Shown piece after piece: positions 18,866-26,960 of a stretch of DNA of 36,249 nt (position 1 is the first letter of the stretch; the number at the start of each line of letters is the position of its first letter). The notes under the pieces were generated by a model, which worked only from the letters and a program-made list of their open reading frames with translations, was not told the DNA's origin and ran no database searches. The DNA comes from a virus (Duplodnaviria > Caudoviricetes). The stretch covers positions 1 through 36,249 of the IMG/VR virus record IMGVR_UViG_3300028423_000524. One strand, written 5' to 3'. Made by a program: the position numbers and the translations under genes.

Positions 18866-19600
18866 ATGCCACGAATGAACAGACGCAGCTACCAGCGCAC
18901 CTTCAAGGGGCGCGTCCTCGATGCTTCACTCGAAGCCGACCCGCGCGACTACCGCCTGATGATCGCACCGCCGCAACCCGGCGAGTTGCAAAGCCGCAAA
19001 TGGGAATGCCCCGTCCGCCTCGACCAGGGGCGTGAAGGCGCTTGTGTGGGATTCGGCGGGGCGCACCATATCGCCTGCTTTCCCTGGCCGCAAAAGCTGA
19101 CCGAGGCCATTGCCCGCTTTTTCTACGAGGGGGCGCAGGACTACGACGAGTGGTCGGGCTCCGACTACGAGGGAACCAGCGGCAACGGGTTGATGACCTT
19201 CCTGCACCGCTCCGGGGTAATCGGCAACTACTACCGGGTGCGCTCCCGGATCGAGCTTGACCGTCTTCTCAGCGTCAAGAGCCCGGTGTCCGGTGGCTTC
19301 CCGTGGCGCGAGGGCATGTTCGAGGCAGACCGCAACGGCTTTGTCCGCTACGAGGGCGAGGTCAAAGGCGGGCATTACGTGTGCGTCAACGGCGTCGATT
19401 TCGAAAACGAGTTTTACTGGATCGTCCAAAGCTGGGGCCGCCATCACGGCATCGACGGCGAGGTCAAAGTCTCGTTTGCCGATATGGACAAGATGATCGG
19501 CGAGGGCGGTAATATCTACTGGTTCGAGGAGAAGTCTATCGGGCCGATCCGAAACCGGATGAAGAAGGAAAAGAAACCCTGGTGGAAGTTTTGGGCATGA
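18866..19600 (+). CDS. papain-like (C1) cysteine peptidase
   Basis: DQGREGAC (Gln and catalytic Cys), GGHYV (His), VQSWG (NSWG-like); ends in KKPWWKFWA. Confidence 0.8.
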   Translation: MPRMNRRSYQRTFKGRVLDASLEADPRDYRLMIAPPQPGELQSRKWECPVRLDQGREGACVGFGGAHHIACFPWPQKLTEAIARFFYEGAQDYDEWSGSDYEGTSGNGLMTFLHRSGVIGNYYRVRSRIELDRLLSVKSPVSGGFPWREGMFEADRNGFVRYEGEVKGGHYVCVNGVDFENEFYWIVQSWGRHHGIDGEVKVSFADMDKMIGEGGNIYWFEEKSIGPIRNRMKKEKKPWWKFWA

Positions 19601-19742
19601 GCGATGAGAGGCGCACCCGACAGTCACCCCGATCTGCATAAAAAACTATTCTGGTTCTGCTTGTTTCGTGGGAAACGCCGCCTCGCCTGGTATCACCTCA
19701 AAAAATGGCTCTTCCCAAACGCTCAAATCCCTATCCCACACG

Positions 19743-19904
19743 ATGATCGAAGCCCTCCAATACAGTCTCAGCCTGTGGCCCTTGGCAGTGGCCATCGCTT
19801 CGGTCGTGACCGCCGCAGCCGCGATGGCGATGCGGGGCTACGTGAGAATCGACGTGGGGACCAGCGTCAATGTAGGCATTCAACTTGGAAAGGCTAAACC
19901 ATGA
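19743..19904 (+). CDS. small membrane protein (holin/antiholin candidate)
   Basis: MIEALQYSLSLWPLAVAIASVVTAAAAMAM hydrophobic helix; ATGA overlap with the next gene. Confidence 0.45.
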   Translation: MIEALQYSLSLWPLAVAIASVVTAAAAMAMRGYVRIDVGTSVNVGIQLGKAKP

Positions 19905-20323
19905 GCCGCCGAATCACAAACCACTACAAGCCTGGTCTCAAAGCCCGCGCCCGGTTCCACGATCCCCTGCACATCCTGGCCCACGATGTCCCGATCAAAG
20001 ACCGTCCCTGGGAGCTCCTTACCGATTTTCGCTTCTACTCCGCCATCCTCGGCAAAGTCATCACCGTGCCCGAAGGTTACCGCACCGACTTCGCCAGCGT
20101 CCCCCGCTTTTTCTGGCGCATCATTCCGCCGTATGGTCGCTACGCCAAAGCCGCCGTAGCCCACGACTACCTATGCGACCAGCGCGGCCGCACCGGCATC
20201 GACAGCGCCACCACCCACAAAGTCTTCCGCGAGGCCATGGAGGTCCTAAAAGTTCCCGCCTGGAAACGCGCCCTTATGTATCGCGCCGTCAAATGGTTCG
20301 GGCCAAAGTTTCCGGCTCAATAG
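19901..20323 (+). CDS. DUF1353 family protein
   Basis: ITVPEGYRTDFASVPR...AAVAHDYL...F.EAM....V...KR.LMY.AV..FG signature. Confidence 0.85.
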   Translation: MSRRITNHYKPGLKARARFHDPLHILAHDVPIKDRPWELLTDFRFYSAILGKVITVPEGYRTDFASVPRFFWRIIPPYGRYAKAAVAHDYLCDQRGRTGIDSATTHKVFREAMEVLKVPAWKRALMYRAVKWFGPKFPAQ

Positions 20324-21266
20324 CAAAATAAGCCTCGGCCTCGGCCTTTGTCGCAACGCCCCGGTAGTGCTGATACATCATCCCCGGTCCCGATTCATGC
20401 CCGGCGATCAGCATCGTCCGCGAAATATCGCCATAAAGTGCCAGATGGTAAGTGAAAAAAGAGTGCCGGCAAACGTCCTGACTCCAGCGGCCAATCGCCG
20501 CCTTCGCTATCCGCGTGGCTTGGCGCGATCTTCCGGGGGCCACCGGGCTGCTTGACTTTCCGGGCTGTAACCATTGCCAAAGGTTTTCCGGCAAGCCTTC
20601 CAGTGGCCTACCCGTCCGGGTTTTCGACTGGTCGGCGTTGATGCGGATAATGCGGTTCTCGGTGTCCACCTGACGCCACAAGAGCGGCGGTTTGTGCTGC
20701 GAGCGGATCTCACTCGGGCGAACTCCCGCGAAAAGCATCAGGGCCAGCATCGGCGCATAAGTTCCGGCGGATCGCATGACTTGTTCCGCTTCGGCGGGGG
20801 TCAATATGTCAATCCGGCGCTCGGTCTTTGCCGCGTCGTCGTTGATCCCGGTGGCCGGGTTCTTGGACACAATAGGCGGCTCCTGCTTCGTCGCCCATGA
20901 GAAGCAAACCGAAATTGCCCTGGCGTAGCCCTGCGCCGTCGCCGGGGACACGGGCAGGGCTTCGATCCAAGCGCGAATTTCCGGGCGCGTCACGCTGTCC
21001 GCAACGCGGTCTCCGAAAGTGTCGGCGAATACGTCGAGCTTAGTCTGGTAAAAGGCCGTCGTCGCCGGGGAGAGGTTTTTGCGGATAGACCGCCGGATAA
21101 AGCCGTCGATCATCCGACTGACCGGCTGCGGGTCGATCTGGCCCCGAAGGCCGACGGCACGGAGCGCGGCCTGTTCCAGCGTCATGCCTGAGCCTTCCAG
21201 CGCAGTGAGGGCGGCGCGGGCGTCCATTCGCTCGGCGGGGGTTAAAGCTCTGTCTTTTCGTGGCAT
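20289..21266 (-). CDS. int: tyrosine recombinase (phage integrase)
   Basis: FAGVRPSEI (Arg), SKT (Lys), DVCRHSF, AGH, HY (Tyr); adjacent to a tRNA-derived attP. Start could be the TTG at 21287. Confidence 0.9.
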   Translation of the reverse strand: MPRKDRALTPAERMDARAALTALEGSGMTLEQAALRAVGLRGQIDPQPVSRMIDGFIRRSIRKNLSPATTAFYQTKLDVFADTFGDRVADSVTRPEIRAWIEALPVSPATAQGYARAISVCFSWATKQEPPIVSKNPATGINDDAAKTERRIDILTPAEAEQVMRSAGTYAPMLALMLFAGVRPSEIRSQHKPPLLWRQVDTENRIIRINADQSKTRTGRPLEGLPENLWQWLQPGKSSSPVAPGRSRQATRIAKAAIGRWSQDVCRHSFFTYHLALYGDISRTMLIAGHESGPGMMYQHYRGVATKAEAEAYFAIEPETLARTI

Positions 21267-21438
21267 GTTGTCAAAATTTGGCAACACACCAGACGGAAAT
21301 CTAAGGTGTGTGGCATTGTGGATTATAGTCTAGTGCGTCGGCTAAAAAGCGGTTCAAGATGGGGTAATATGAGTAACAATGGAAACTTACGTCGAACATT
21401 GGAATACTTAGAATTGAGGCGGAAACCCGCTAAAACAC

Positions 21439-21495
21439 TGGTGCTCGGGGCGGGACTCGAACCCGCACCGCCGTAAGGCGACCAGAACCTAAATC
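21439..21495 (-). other. attP core: 3' half of tRNA-Leu(TAG)
   Basis: Minus strand reads GATTTAGGTTCTGGTCGCCTTACGGCGGTGCGGGTTCGAGTCCCGCCCCGAGCACCA: anticodon loop TAG, long variable arm, T-arm, CCA. The 5' half is absent. Confidence 0.85.
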
Positions 21496-21504
21496 CACTG
21501 CCCT

Positions 21505-21855
21505 TTATTGGCTATCAAAGGGATACGGGTCGGCTGTTCCGCGTGTTCCGGGGTCGTGGCAGGCTTTCGACACGAAAAACAGCATCCAAGGCACCAAAGC
21601 GATCCCGAGGAAGACGAAGAAATCGGGGATATATTTCTCTGCCCGAACCCATTGCAATGTCGCTCCGTCGAACGCGGCCAGGTCGATGAGGTAAAGCGGT
21701 AATCCGAGAAGCAGGAATGAGAGCGGCGGGCAAATCATCTGCACGATCACCCACCACTTGAACACGTCAGAGGCCGTAAAACCAATCGCATTCGGGCGAC
21801 CAGGCGCACGGCTGGCATGTGGGGAATAGCAGGAGCTGGCTGTGCGCTTTTTCAT
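21505..21855 (-). CDS. membrane protein downstream of the repressor-like gene (possible superinfection exclusion)
   Basis: Two hydrophobic helices; ATGA overlap with the RHH gene stop. Confidence 0.5.
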   Translation of the reverse strand: MKKRTASSCYSPHASRAPGRPNAIGFTASDVFKWWVIVQMICPPLSFLLLGLPLYLIDLAAFDGATLQWVRAEKYIPDFFVFLGIALVPWMLFFVSKACHDPGTRGTADPYPFDSQ

Positions 21856-22070
21856 GCTGCTCCTTTCTGTGATTTTCCGGGGGGCTTCTTCGCTTGGAAG
21901 GGCTGGGAGTCTTCGGGCGGGTGTTCCTTACGCTCAACCTCGTCTTCAAGGATGATGCGGATTAGGTCGCTGACCTTGCGCCTTTGTGATTTGGCAAGAC
22001 GTTCGAGCTTTTGGTGTAGCTCATCATCCACCCTTATCCCGAGGCGTTTGGTTTTGGTTTGTGGGCTCAT
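21852..22070 (-). CDS. ribbon-helix-helix (Arc/CopG-like) regulator, repressor candidate
   Basis: KRLGIRVDDELHQKLERLAKSQRRKVSDLIRIIL fits the RHH pattern. Confidence 0.8.
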   Translation of the reverse strand: MSPQTKTKRLGIRVDDELHQKLERLAKSQRRKVSDLIRIILEDEVERKEHPPEDSQPFQAKKPPGKSQKGAA

Positions 22071-22089
22071 GTTAGACAGTTGGTTAGAT

Positions 22090-22175
22090 CGTCGAACATA
22101 CGCCTTGTTTGAAAAAATTACAAGAAATTTCAAAAAATTTCAAAACTTTGTTGACACGTCGAACAACGTCGAACA
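22090..22175 (+). promoter_or_regulatory. divergent control region: TTGACA -35 box (22151-22156) and three CGTCGAACA repeats
   Basis: CGTCGAACA at 22090, 22157 and 22167, within an AT-rich spacer between divergent RHH genes. Confidence 0.65.
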
Positions 22176-22188
22176 AATGTCATCGGCA

Positions 22189-22380
22189 ATGAGCAAGAAA
22201 ACTAAGTTTAAGAACATCGGCGTGATTATCCCGGTCGAGTTGGAAGCCAAGTTGAAACGGATTGCGAAAAGCCAAGGCAGAAGCCTGAGCACACACGCCC
22301 GCTTTATTTTGGCCGAAAATGTCGAACATTGGGAGCTTGCGTCGAACACTGAAAGGAGAGCCGAACATGCTACCCGCTAG
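22189..22380 (+). CDS. ribbon-helix-helix regulator, Cro-equivalent candidate
   Basis: KNIGVIIPVELEAKLKRIAKSQGRSLSTHARFIL fits the RHH pattern; first gene of the rightward operon. Confidence 0.75.
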   Translation: MSKKTKFKNIGVIIPVELEAKLKRIAKSQGRSLSTHARFILAENVEHWELASNTERRAEHATR

Positions 22381-22603
22381 CGACATCGAAGCCATCGCCG
22401 AGGCGGTCGCGCAAAAACAAATGCGCTTCCAGTCGCCGGTGCTCACCACTGCGGAGGCAATCGCCTTTGTCGGCAAGAACTCCGCTTCGGCTTTCGGGCG
22501 CTGGTGTGCGGCTCACAAGGTGAAGCCTTGCGACAAAGGGCGCTACTCCCGCCGTGCGCTGGAGATGGGACTGAACAAGGAAGCACGGAAGGGGGAACGA
22601 TGA
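22367..22603 (+). CDS. excisionase-like small HTH protein
   Basis: IEAIAEAVA...LTTAEAIAFVG.....F.RW......P...GRYSR pattern; AAGGAG RBS. Confidence 0.6.
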   Translation: MLPASDIEAIAEAVAQKQMRFQSPVLTTAEAIAFVGKNSASAFGRWCAAHKVKPCDKGRYSRRALEMGLNKEARKGER

Positions 22604-22776
22604 AACACTCTGAAATCCAAACCAAGGCCCCGCGGGTCCTGAAATGGCGGCGCTGGAAAGTGCGACTGAAATTCTGGCTGCGCGATCTGGCTGAAGCCGT
22701 GGAGGCTGACGCTCAACGGCGGTTACGGCACCGCGAATCGATGCGGAAGCTCAAAGAAAGCGGGCTGATTGGATGA
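22600..22776 (+). CDS. hypothetical protein
   Basis: ATGA-coupled to the upstream gene; basic 58 aa ORF. Confidence 0.5.
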   Translation: MKHSEIQTKAPRVLKWRRWKVRLKFWLRDLAEAVEADAQRRLRHRESMRKLKESGLIG

Positions 22777-22924
22777 TGATTTACCGCACAGACGGGGCAA
22801 GCGCCCTGAAGAGATACATCAGGACAGGCGAGGCCATTGTGAGACCAGACCCTTCGGAAGTCCTGCCCCGGTAGCGCGGGATCTGTGCGACCATTTTTTT
22901 AACCACCAAAATAAAGGAACCAAT

Positions 22925-23248
22925 ATGAACGACACACAAAAAATCAAATTCGCCGAATTTCTGGCGAACGAAGCAATGGGGCTCCTGGTCGAGCACCTTG
23001 ATAGCGCGGAGGAAGCTGCGGCGGAATCCATCGACCCGGCGGACGAAAAGCCGGCGAAGGCGAAAGTCGGCATCTCATTTGTATGGGAGGCCGGAAGCGC
23101 GAACCCGAAAGTCGTCACGAAGCTGAGTTTCACGACCAGTCACAAAGACGAAACCGAGAGGACGTTCGACCCCGATCAAATGAGTTTTGAATCCGAGCTT
23201 GACGAAAAAGTCAGGGATATGGGCGGCGAGAAGAACAAGACGCTTTAA
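22925..23248 (+). CDS. hypothetical protein
   Basis: AAAGGAACCAAT RBS before ATG 22925. Confidence 0.6.
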   Translation: MNDTQKIKFAEFLANEAMGLLVEHLDSAEEAAAESIDPADEKPAKAKVGISFVWEAGSANPKVVTKLSFTTSHKDETERTFDPDQMSFESELDEKVRDMGGEKNKTL

Positions 23249-23274
23249 CCACCAACCGAAAGGAACCAACCAAT

Positions 23275-24204
23275 ATGAGCACACAACTCGCAAATCAAGA
23301 CCTTGGCAAAATCAAGGCACTTATCCAGGGCGACCAGTTCAAGGAGCAACTGCAAGCCGCCCTTCCCCGGCACCTGTCGCCTGACAGATTCGCCCGGATC
23401 GCAATCACGGCGATCACCCGGACGCCGAAGCTGGCGGAATGCACCCAAACGAGCCTGTTCCGCTGCCTTCTCGATCTCTCCGCTGCCGGGCTTGAGCCGG
23501 ACGGTCGGCGGGCGCACTTGATCCCCTACGGGAAAGAGGCAACGCTGATTATCGACTACAAGGGCCTCGTCGAACTGATCCGCCGGAGTGGCGACGTGAC
23601 TAGTATCCGTGCGGAAACGGTTTGCGAGAACGACCGCTTCGAGTGGGTCAACGGCGAGATCACGCACGAAGTGAACTGGCGCAAAGCGCGGGGTGACGTG
23701 CAAGCTGTCTATGCCGAGGCTCGCATGAAGTCGGGCGAAGTTCAGACGGCGACCATGACCTTCGAGGAAGTCGAGGGCATCCGCAAGCGGTCGAAGGCTG
23801 GCAACGGCGGGCCATGGAAAACGGATTGGGGCGAAATGGCAAAGAAGACTGTCGTGCGCCGACTCTCCAAAATGCTGCCGCTGGCTTACGAAGTTGCTGA
23901 CGTTATCGACAAGGTGGATCGTCCTGTAGATTTCGATATGCCGAGTGAGCTGACTAAAGGGCGGGCCGCTGAGGTCTTTGCAAAGGAAGAACCGAAGCCC
24001 GCTGAGAAGGTCGAGGATGAACCTGTAAGGCTTGCTGACAAGTTGGCCGATGAAATGATGGATCGCGGCATTTCCGAGAGCCAAGTGAAAAAGCAGGCGG
24101 TCGAGGAAGGCTATCTGGCCGAAGACTTCGAGGGCTCTGTTTTGAAAGCCAAGCCGGAGCAAATCGAGGGATTGCTTGCGATGTTGAAAGGAGGTGCCAA
24201 GTGA
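23275..24204 (+). CDS. recT: RecT family single-strand annealing protein
   Basis: ALPRHL..DRF.RIA, L..C...S, GLEP....AHLIPY, IDYKGL.EL..RSG, PW.TD..EMAKKTV.RRL.K.LP motifs. Confidence 0.92.
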   Translation: MSTQLANQDLGKIKALIQGDQFKEQLQAALPRHLSPDRFARIAITAITRTPKLAECTQTSLFRCLLDLSAAGLEPDGRRAHLIPYGKEATLIIDYKGLVELIRRSGDVTSIRAETVCENDRFEWVNGEITHEVNWRKARGDVQAVYAEARMKSGEVQTATMTFEEVEGIRKRSKAGNGGPWKTDWGEMAKKTVVRRLSKMLPLAYEVADVIDKVDRPVDFDMPSELTKGRAAEVFAKEEPKPAEKVEDEPVRLADKLADEMMDRGISESQVKKQAVEEGYLAEDFEGSVLKAKPEQIEGLLAMLKGGAK

Positions 24205-24551
24205 AATACCGAGTCACCTTCCCGAGCGATCCGATCATTACAACCGATTGCCACGACCGGAATATGGTCAAATGCCCGACCGGGCATCCGGTGGCAATCG
24301 CGACTCTCAAGCGCCTTGGCTGCACAGTCGCGAAGGCGGAACCGTTTGAAGCGGGTCAACCCTGCTACTGTGAGCGCCTGGGCGAAGTCGTCTTTGTCGG
24401 CCACTCGGCTGCATGGCCGGGAAACAGCATCGTCGAGACTACGGCCGGCATCATCCAGCGCGTATCGACGGATAGTCTGCACCCGGCCTCGGAGCTTTTC
24501 GAGGGCACCCGGAGCCAGCTTGACGGGCTGACTGGAAAGGGGGCGGCGTGA
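24201..24551 (+). CDS. hypothetical protein
   Basis: GGAGG RBS with GTG start overlapping the recT stop. Confidence 0.55.
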   Translation: MKYRVTFPSDPIITTDCHDRNMVKCPTGHPVAIATLKRLGCTVAKAEPFEAGQPCYCERLGEVVFVGHSAAWPGNSIVETTAGIIQRVSTDSLHPASELFEGTRSQLDGLTGKGAA

Positions 24552-25519
24552 ATACGAATAAATACCAACAACCCGGCCAGACCGGAATCATCCTGAACGA
24601 GCCCAACGACGTGTATCACGCCGACCCGGCGATCAGCAACAGCGACCTTTCGCTTTTCCTCTCCGATCCGAAACGGTTTGAGGCGATCCGCAAGGGGGAA
24701 ATCGAGCGGGAACATAAAGCCTGCTACGATCTCGGCGATTTGTTCCACACTGTCACGCTTGAAGGCGTGGACGTTTATCAGAGCAAATACGTCCACGAGA
24801 GCCTTGTCCCAGCCAAGCCGACACCGCAACAGCTACGGGCCTATGAGAAGTTCCCTGGCCTCGATAAGCCGACGAAGGCGCAACGCGAGGCGTTCGAGAA
24901 GCAAGAGCGCATCGTGAAGACCCATGAGGCGTTCTGGAAGCACCACGAGGGCAAGCGGCCAATCAAAGCCGACGACGACGCGAAAGCCCGCGCTATGCGT
25001 GACAGCCTTTGGGCCGACGATGACGCGGTGAACCTGCTGACCGGCTGGCAAAGCGCCTACCGTGAAATTACGCTACGGACAGAAGAAACGCGGTTCGGCT
25101 TCCCGGTGCAGGTGAAGCTTGATTACTTTGAGCCGGACACCGGGCGAATCGTCGATCTGAAAAGCGTTCGAAACCTTGACGTGTTTCGGCGCAACTTCGC
25201 GGATTTCGGATATTACCGCCAAGCGGCCTTTTACTCGCTCGTTTGCGAACTGGTGACGGGGGTTGTCCCGGAGTTCTATTTTGCGGCGGTTGAGGCCGAG
25301 GCTCCGCACGAGGTAGCAATCTTCCAAGCGCACCCGGAGGCGATAGAAACGGGCATTGCTGAGATAACGGCTGGCCTGACGGCGCTCGGTCAGTGTTTGC
25401 GGGCTGATGCCTACCCGAAGCGGTTCAGGGGCGTCCAGGCGCTGTTTTTGAAGCCTTGGGAGGTTGAACGGGCGCAAGGGCGCGTTGATCGTGTGAGTGC
25501 TTTGGAAGGGGATGCGTAA
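24548..25519 (+). CDS. RecE/exonuclease VIII-like PD-(D/E)XK nuclease (DUF3799-like)
   Basis: YHA...IS.S.L, G..FH...LE, K.D......IVDLKS, FGYYRQAAFY motifs; near recT. Confidence 0.85.
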   Translation: MNTNKYQQPGQTGIILNEPNDVYHADPAISNSDLSLFLSDPKRFEAIRKGEIEREHKACYDLGDLFHTVTLEGVDVYQSKYVHESLVPAKPTPQQLRAYEKFPGLDKPTKAQREAFEKQERIVKTHEAFWKHHEGKRPIKADDDAKARAMRDSLWADDDAVNLLTGWQSAYREITLRTEETRFGFPVQVKLDYFEPDTGRIVDLKSVRNLDVFRRNFADFGYYRQAAFYSLVCELVTGVVPEFYFAAVEAEAPHEVAIFQAHPEAIETGIAEITAGLTALGQCLRADAYPKRFRGVQALFLKPWEVERAQGRVDRVSALEGDA

Positions 25520-26217
25520 TGGCTGGCGACTGGATAAAATTTGATAAGGCGACCTTGGAAAAGCCCGAGGTCGCCTTGATCGCCGACGAGCTTGGCATTG
25601 ATGATGACGCGGTGGTCGGGAAATTACTTCGGATTTGGGCTTGGGCGGATGAACATTGTCACGCTGACGGCGTGACATCGGTCACGCTCATGTCACGACT
25701 AGACCGTCGCGTCGGCGTGACCGGATTTTGTCAAGCGATGCTAAATGCTGGTTGGCTGATGGTGGACAATGATCGACTGCAATTCCCGAATTTCGGCCGG
25801 CATAACGGAAACCCCGCAAAATCAAGGGCTTTGGCAACTGAGCGCAAAAAAGAGTCACGGTCAAAGCGTGACAAGAGTCACGGTCAAAGCGTGACAAAAA
25901 CGCGACCAGAGAAGAGAAGAGAAGAGAAGAGTATAGACTCTCATAATCGCGCGCGAAGATCACCAAAGGACGTGAAGGAGTGTATCGACTACGCTGCGAT
26001 GATCAGCGTGACGGAGGACGACGCTCGCGGGTTTTACGATTCGCAGGAATCCGGCGGATGGACCCGTGGTGGCCAACCGCTGAAAGACTGGCGGGCGTCA
26101 ATGCGGACGTGGAAACGGAACGGATGGCTCCCAAGCCAAAAGAAAGCGAAGGGATTCAACAACAACCAACAGGCCGACCGCATGAGCGACGGCTACGACA
26201 GCAAGGAGGCAATATGA
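25519..26217 (+). CDS. phage replication initiator
   Basis: MAGDWIK....L.KPEV..IA..LG....AVVGKL.R.W.WAD N-terminus, C-terminal FYD..ES.GW....P.KDWRA..RTW, and internal iterons. Confidence 0.8.
   Translation: MAGDWIKFDKATLEKPEVALIADELGIDDDAVVGKLLRIWAWADEHCHADGVTSVTLMSRLDRRVGVTGFCQAMLNAGWLMVDNDRLQFPNFGRHNGNPAKSRALATERKKESRSKRDKSHGQSVTKTRPEKRREEKSIDSHNRARRSPKDVKECIDYAAMISVTEDDARGFYDSQESGGWTRGGQPLKDWRASMRTWKRNGWLPSQKKAKGFNNNQQADRMSDGYDSKEAI
25658..25931. repeat. putative replication origin iterons
   Basis: GTCACG-N7-CGTGAC at 25658, 25854 and 25877; the last two lie in a perfect 23-bp tandem repeat (25850-25895). An AGAAG-repeat purine tract follows. Confidence 0.7.
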
Positions 26218-26960
26218 ATCGACAAGAATTAGAAGCGGAGATCAATGCGGACCAACGAAAGCCGTCCGGAATGGCCGAGCTTTCAACAGAATTAGGCCAA
26301 ATCGTGGACTTTGAAGCTTGTGAGGGTATAGAGCCGCGAAGCGAAGAAGAGCGCGACAGGGAGGCGCAAGAGGAAATCGAGGAATCTTACCGTGCGCAAC
26401 GGGTATGGAAAGCCCGTGAGATGATTCCGTTTGAGTTTCAGCAGGATCTTGACCGGAGCAATCAGCGAGTGGACTGGAGAGCGTTCGATGAGGTGCTAGC
26501 GTGGGACGGCAAGCGCTCTGTTTTGGCGAAAGGTCCGTCACAGATCGGCAAGACTCGGGCAATCTTCCAAGTGCTTTACCGGGCAATGGTTGAGCACAAG
26601 CGCAGTTTTACGGTTTTGAACGAGCGCAACATTTTGGCGAAGGTGGCCGATGCTAGGTCTGAACAAGCCTTGTCGAAGCTGTCTGATGCTTGGTGCCGGG
26701 AGGACATTTTGTTTTTTGATGATCTGGATAAGGTGAATTTTCATAACGGGGTGATTGCTCAGAGTTGCCTTACGCTGGTTTTCGGTGTAATCAAGGAGCG
26801 GATGGCGCAACATCGGCCCACGTTCCTGAGCCAAAACGCGCGGATTCAGGATATTTTCGCGGCAGCCGGGAAGCCTGCTTGTCTCTCGATGATTGAGCGC
26901 ATAAAACAGAATGAACATTGGCAGGTGACAATTTTCGAGAAAGGCGGCGATGAGCAATGA
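26214..26960 (+). CDS. DnaC/IstB-like ATPase (helicase loader)
   Basis: Walker A GPSQIGKT, Walker B ILFFDDL, ER.....PTF.S.N; AAGGAGG RBS; follows the initiator. Confidence 0.85.
   Translation: MNRQELEAEINADQRKPSGMAELSTELGQIVDFEACEGIEPRSEEERDREAQEEIEESYRAQRVWKAREMIPFEFQQDLDRSNQRVDWRAFDEVLAWDGKRSVLAKGPSQIGKTRAIFQVLYRAMVEHKRSFTVLNERNILAKVADARSEQALSKLSDAWCREDILFFDDLDKVNFHNGVIAQSCLTLVFGVIKERMAQHRPTFLSQNARIQDIFAAAGKPACLSMIERIKQNEHWQVTIFEKGGDEQ

Noticed and set aside
19604-19897. 97-aa ORF as a real gene
   Set aside because: It overlaps a more plausible hydrophobic ORF (19743..19904) that is coupled to DUF1353, and its C-terminal half looks like off-frame sequence.
20289-21266. Integrase as the integron integrase (IntI) for the cassette array
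   Set aside because: No IntI-specific insertion is evident before the RH motif. It lies next to a tRNA-derived attP and over 6 kb from the array, which fits a prophage integrase.
21439-21495. Functional tRNA-Leu gene
   Set aside because: The 5' acceptor strand and D-arm are missing; similarity stops in the anticodon stem.
26214-26960. IS21 element (IstB-like ATPase)
   Set aside because: No IstA transposase or terminal repeats; its position after the initiator indicates a helicase loader.
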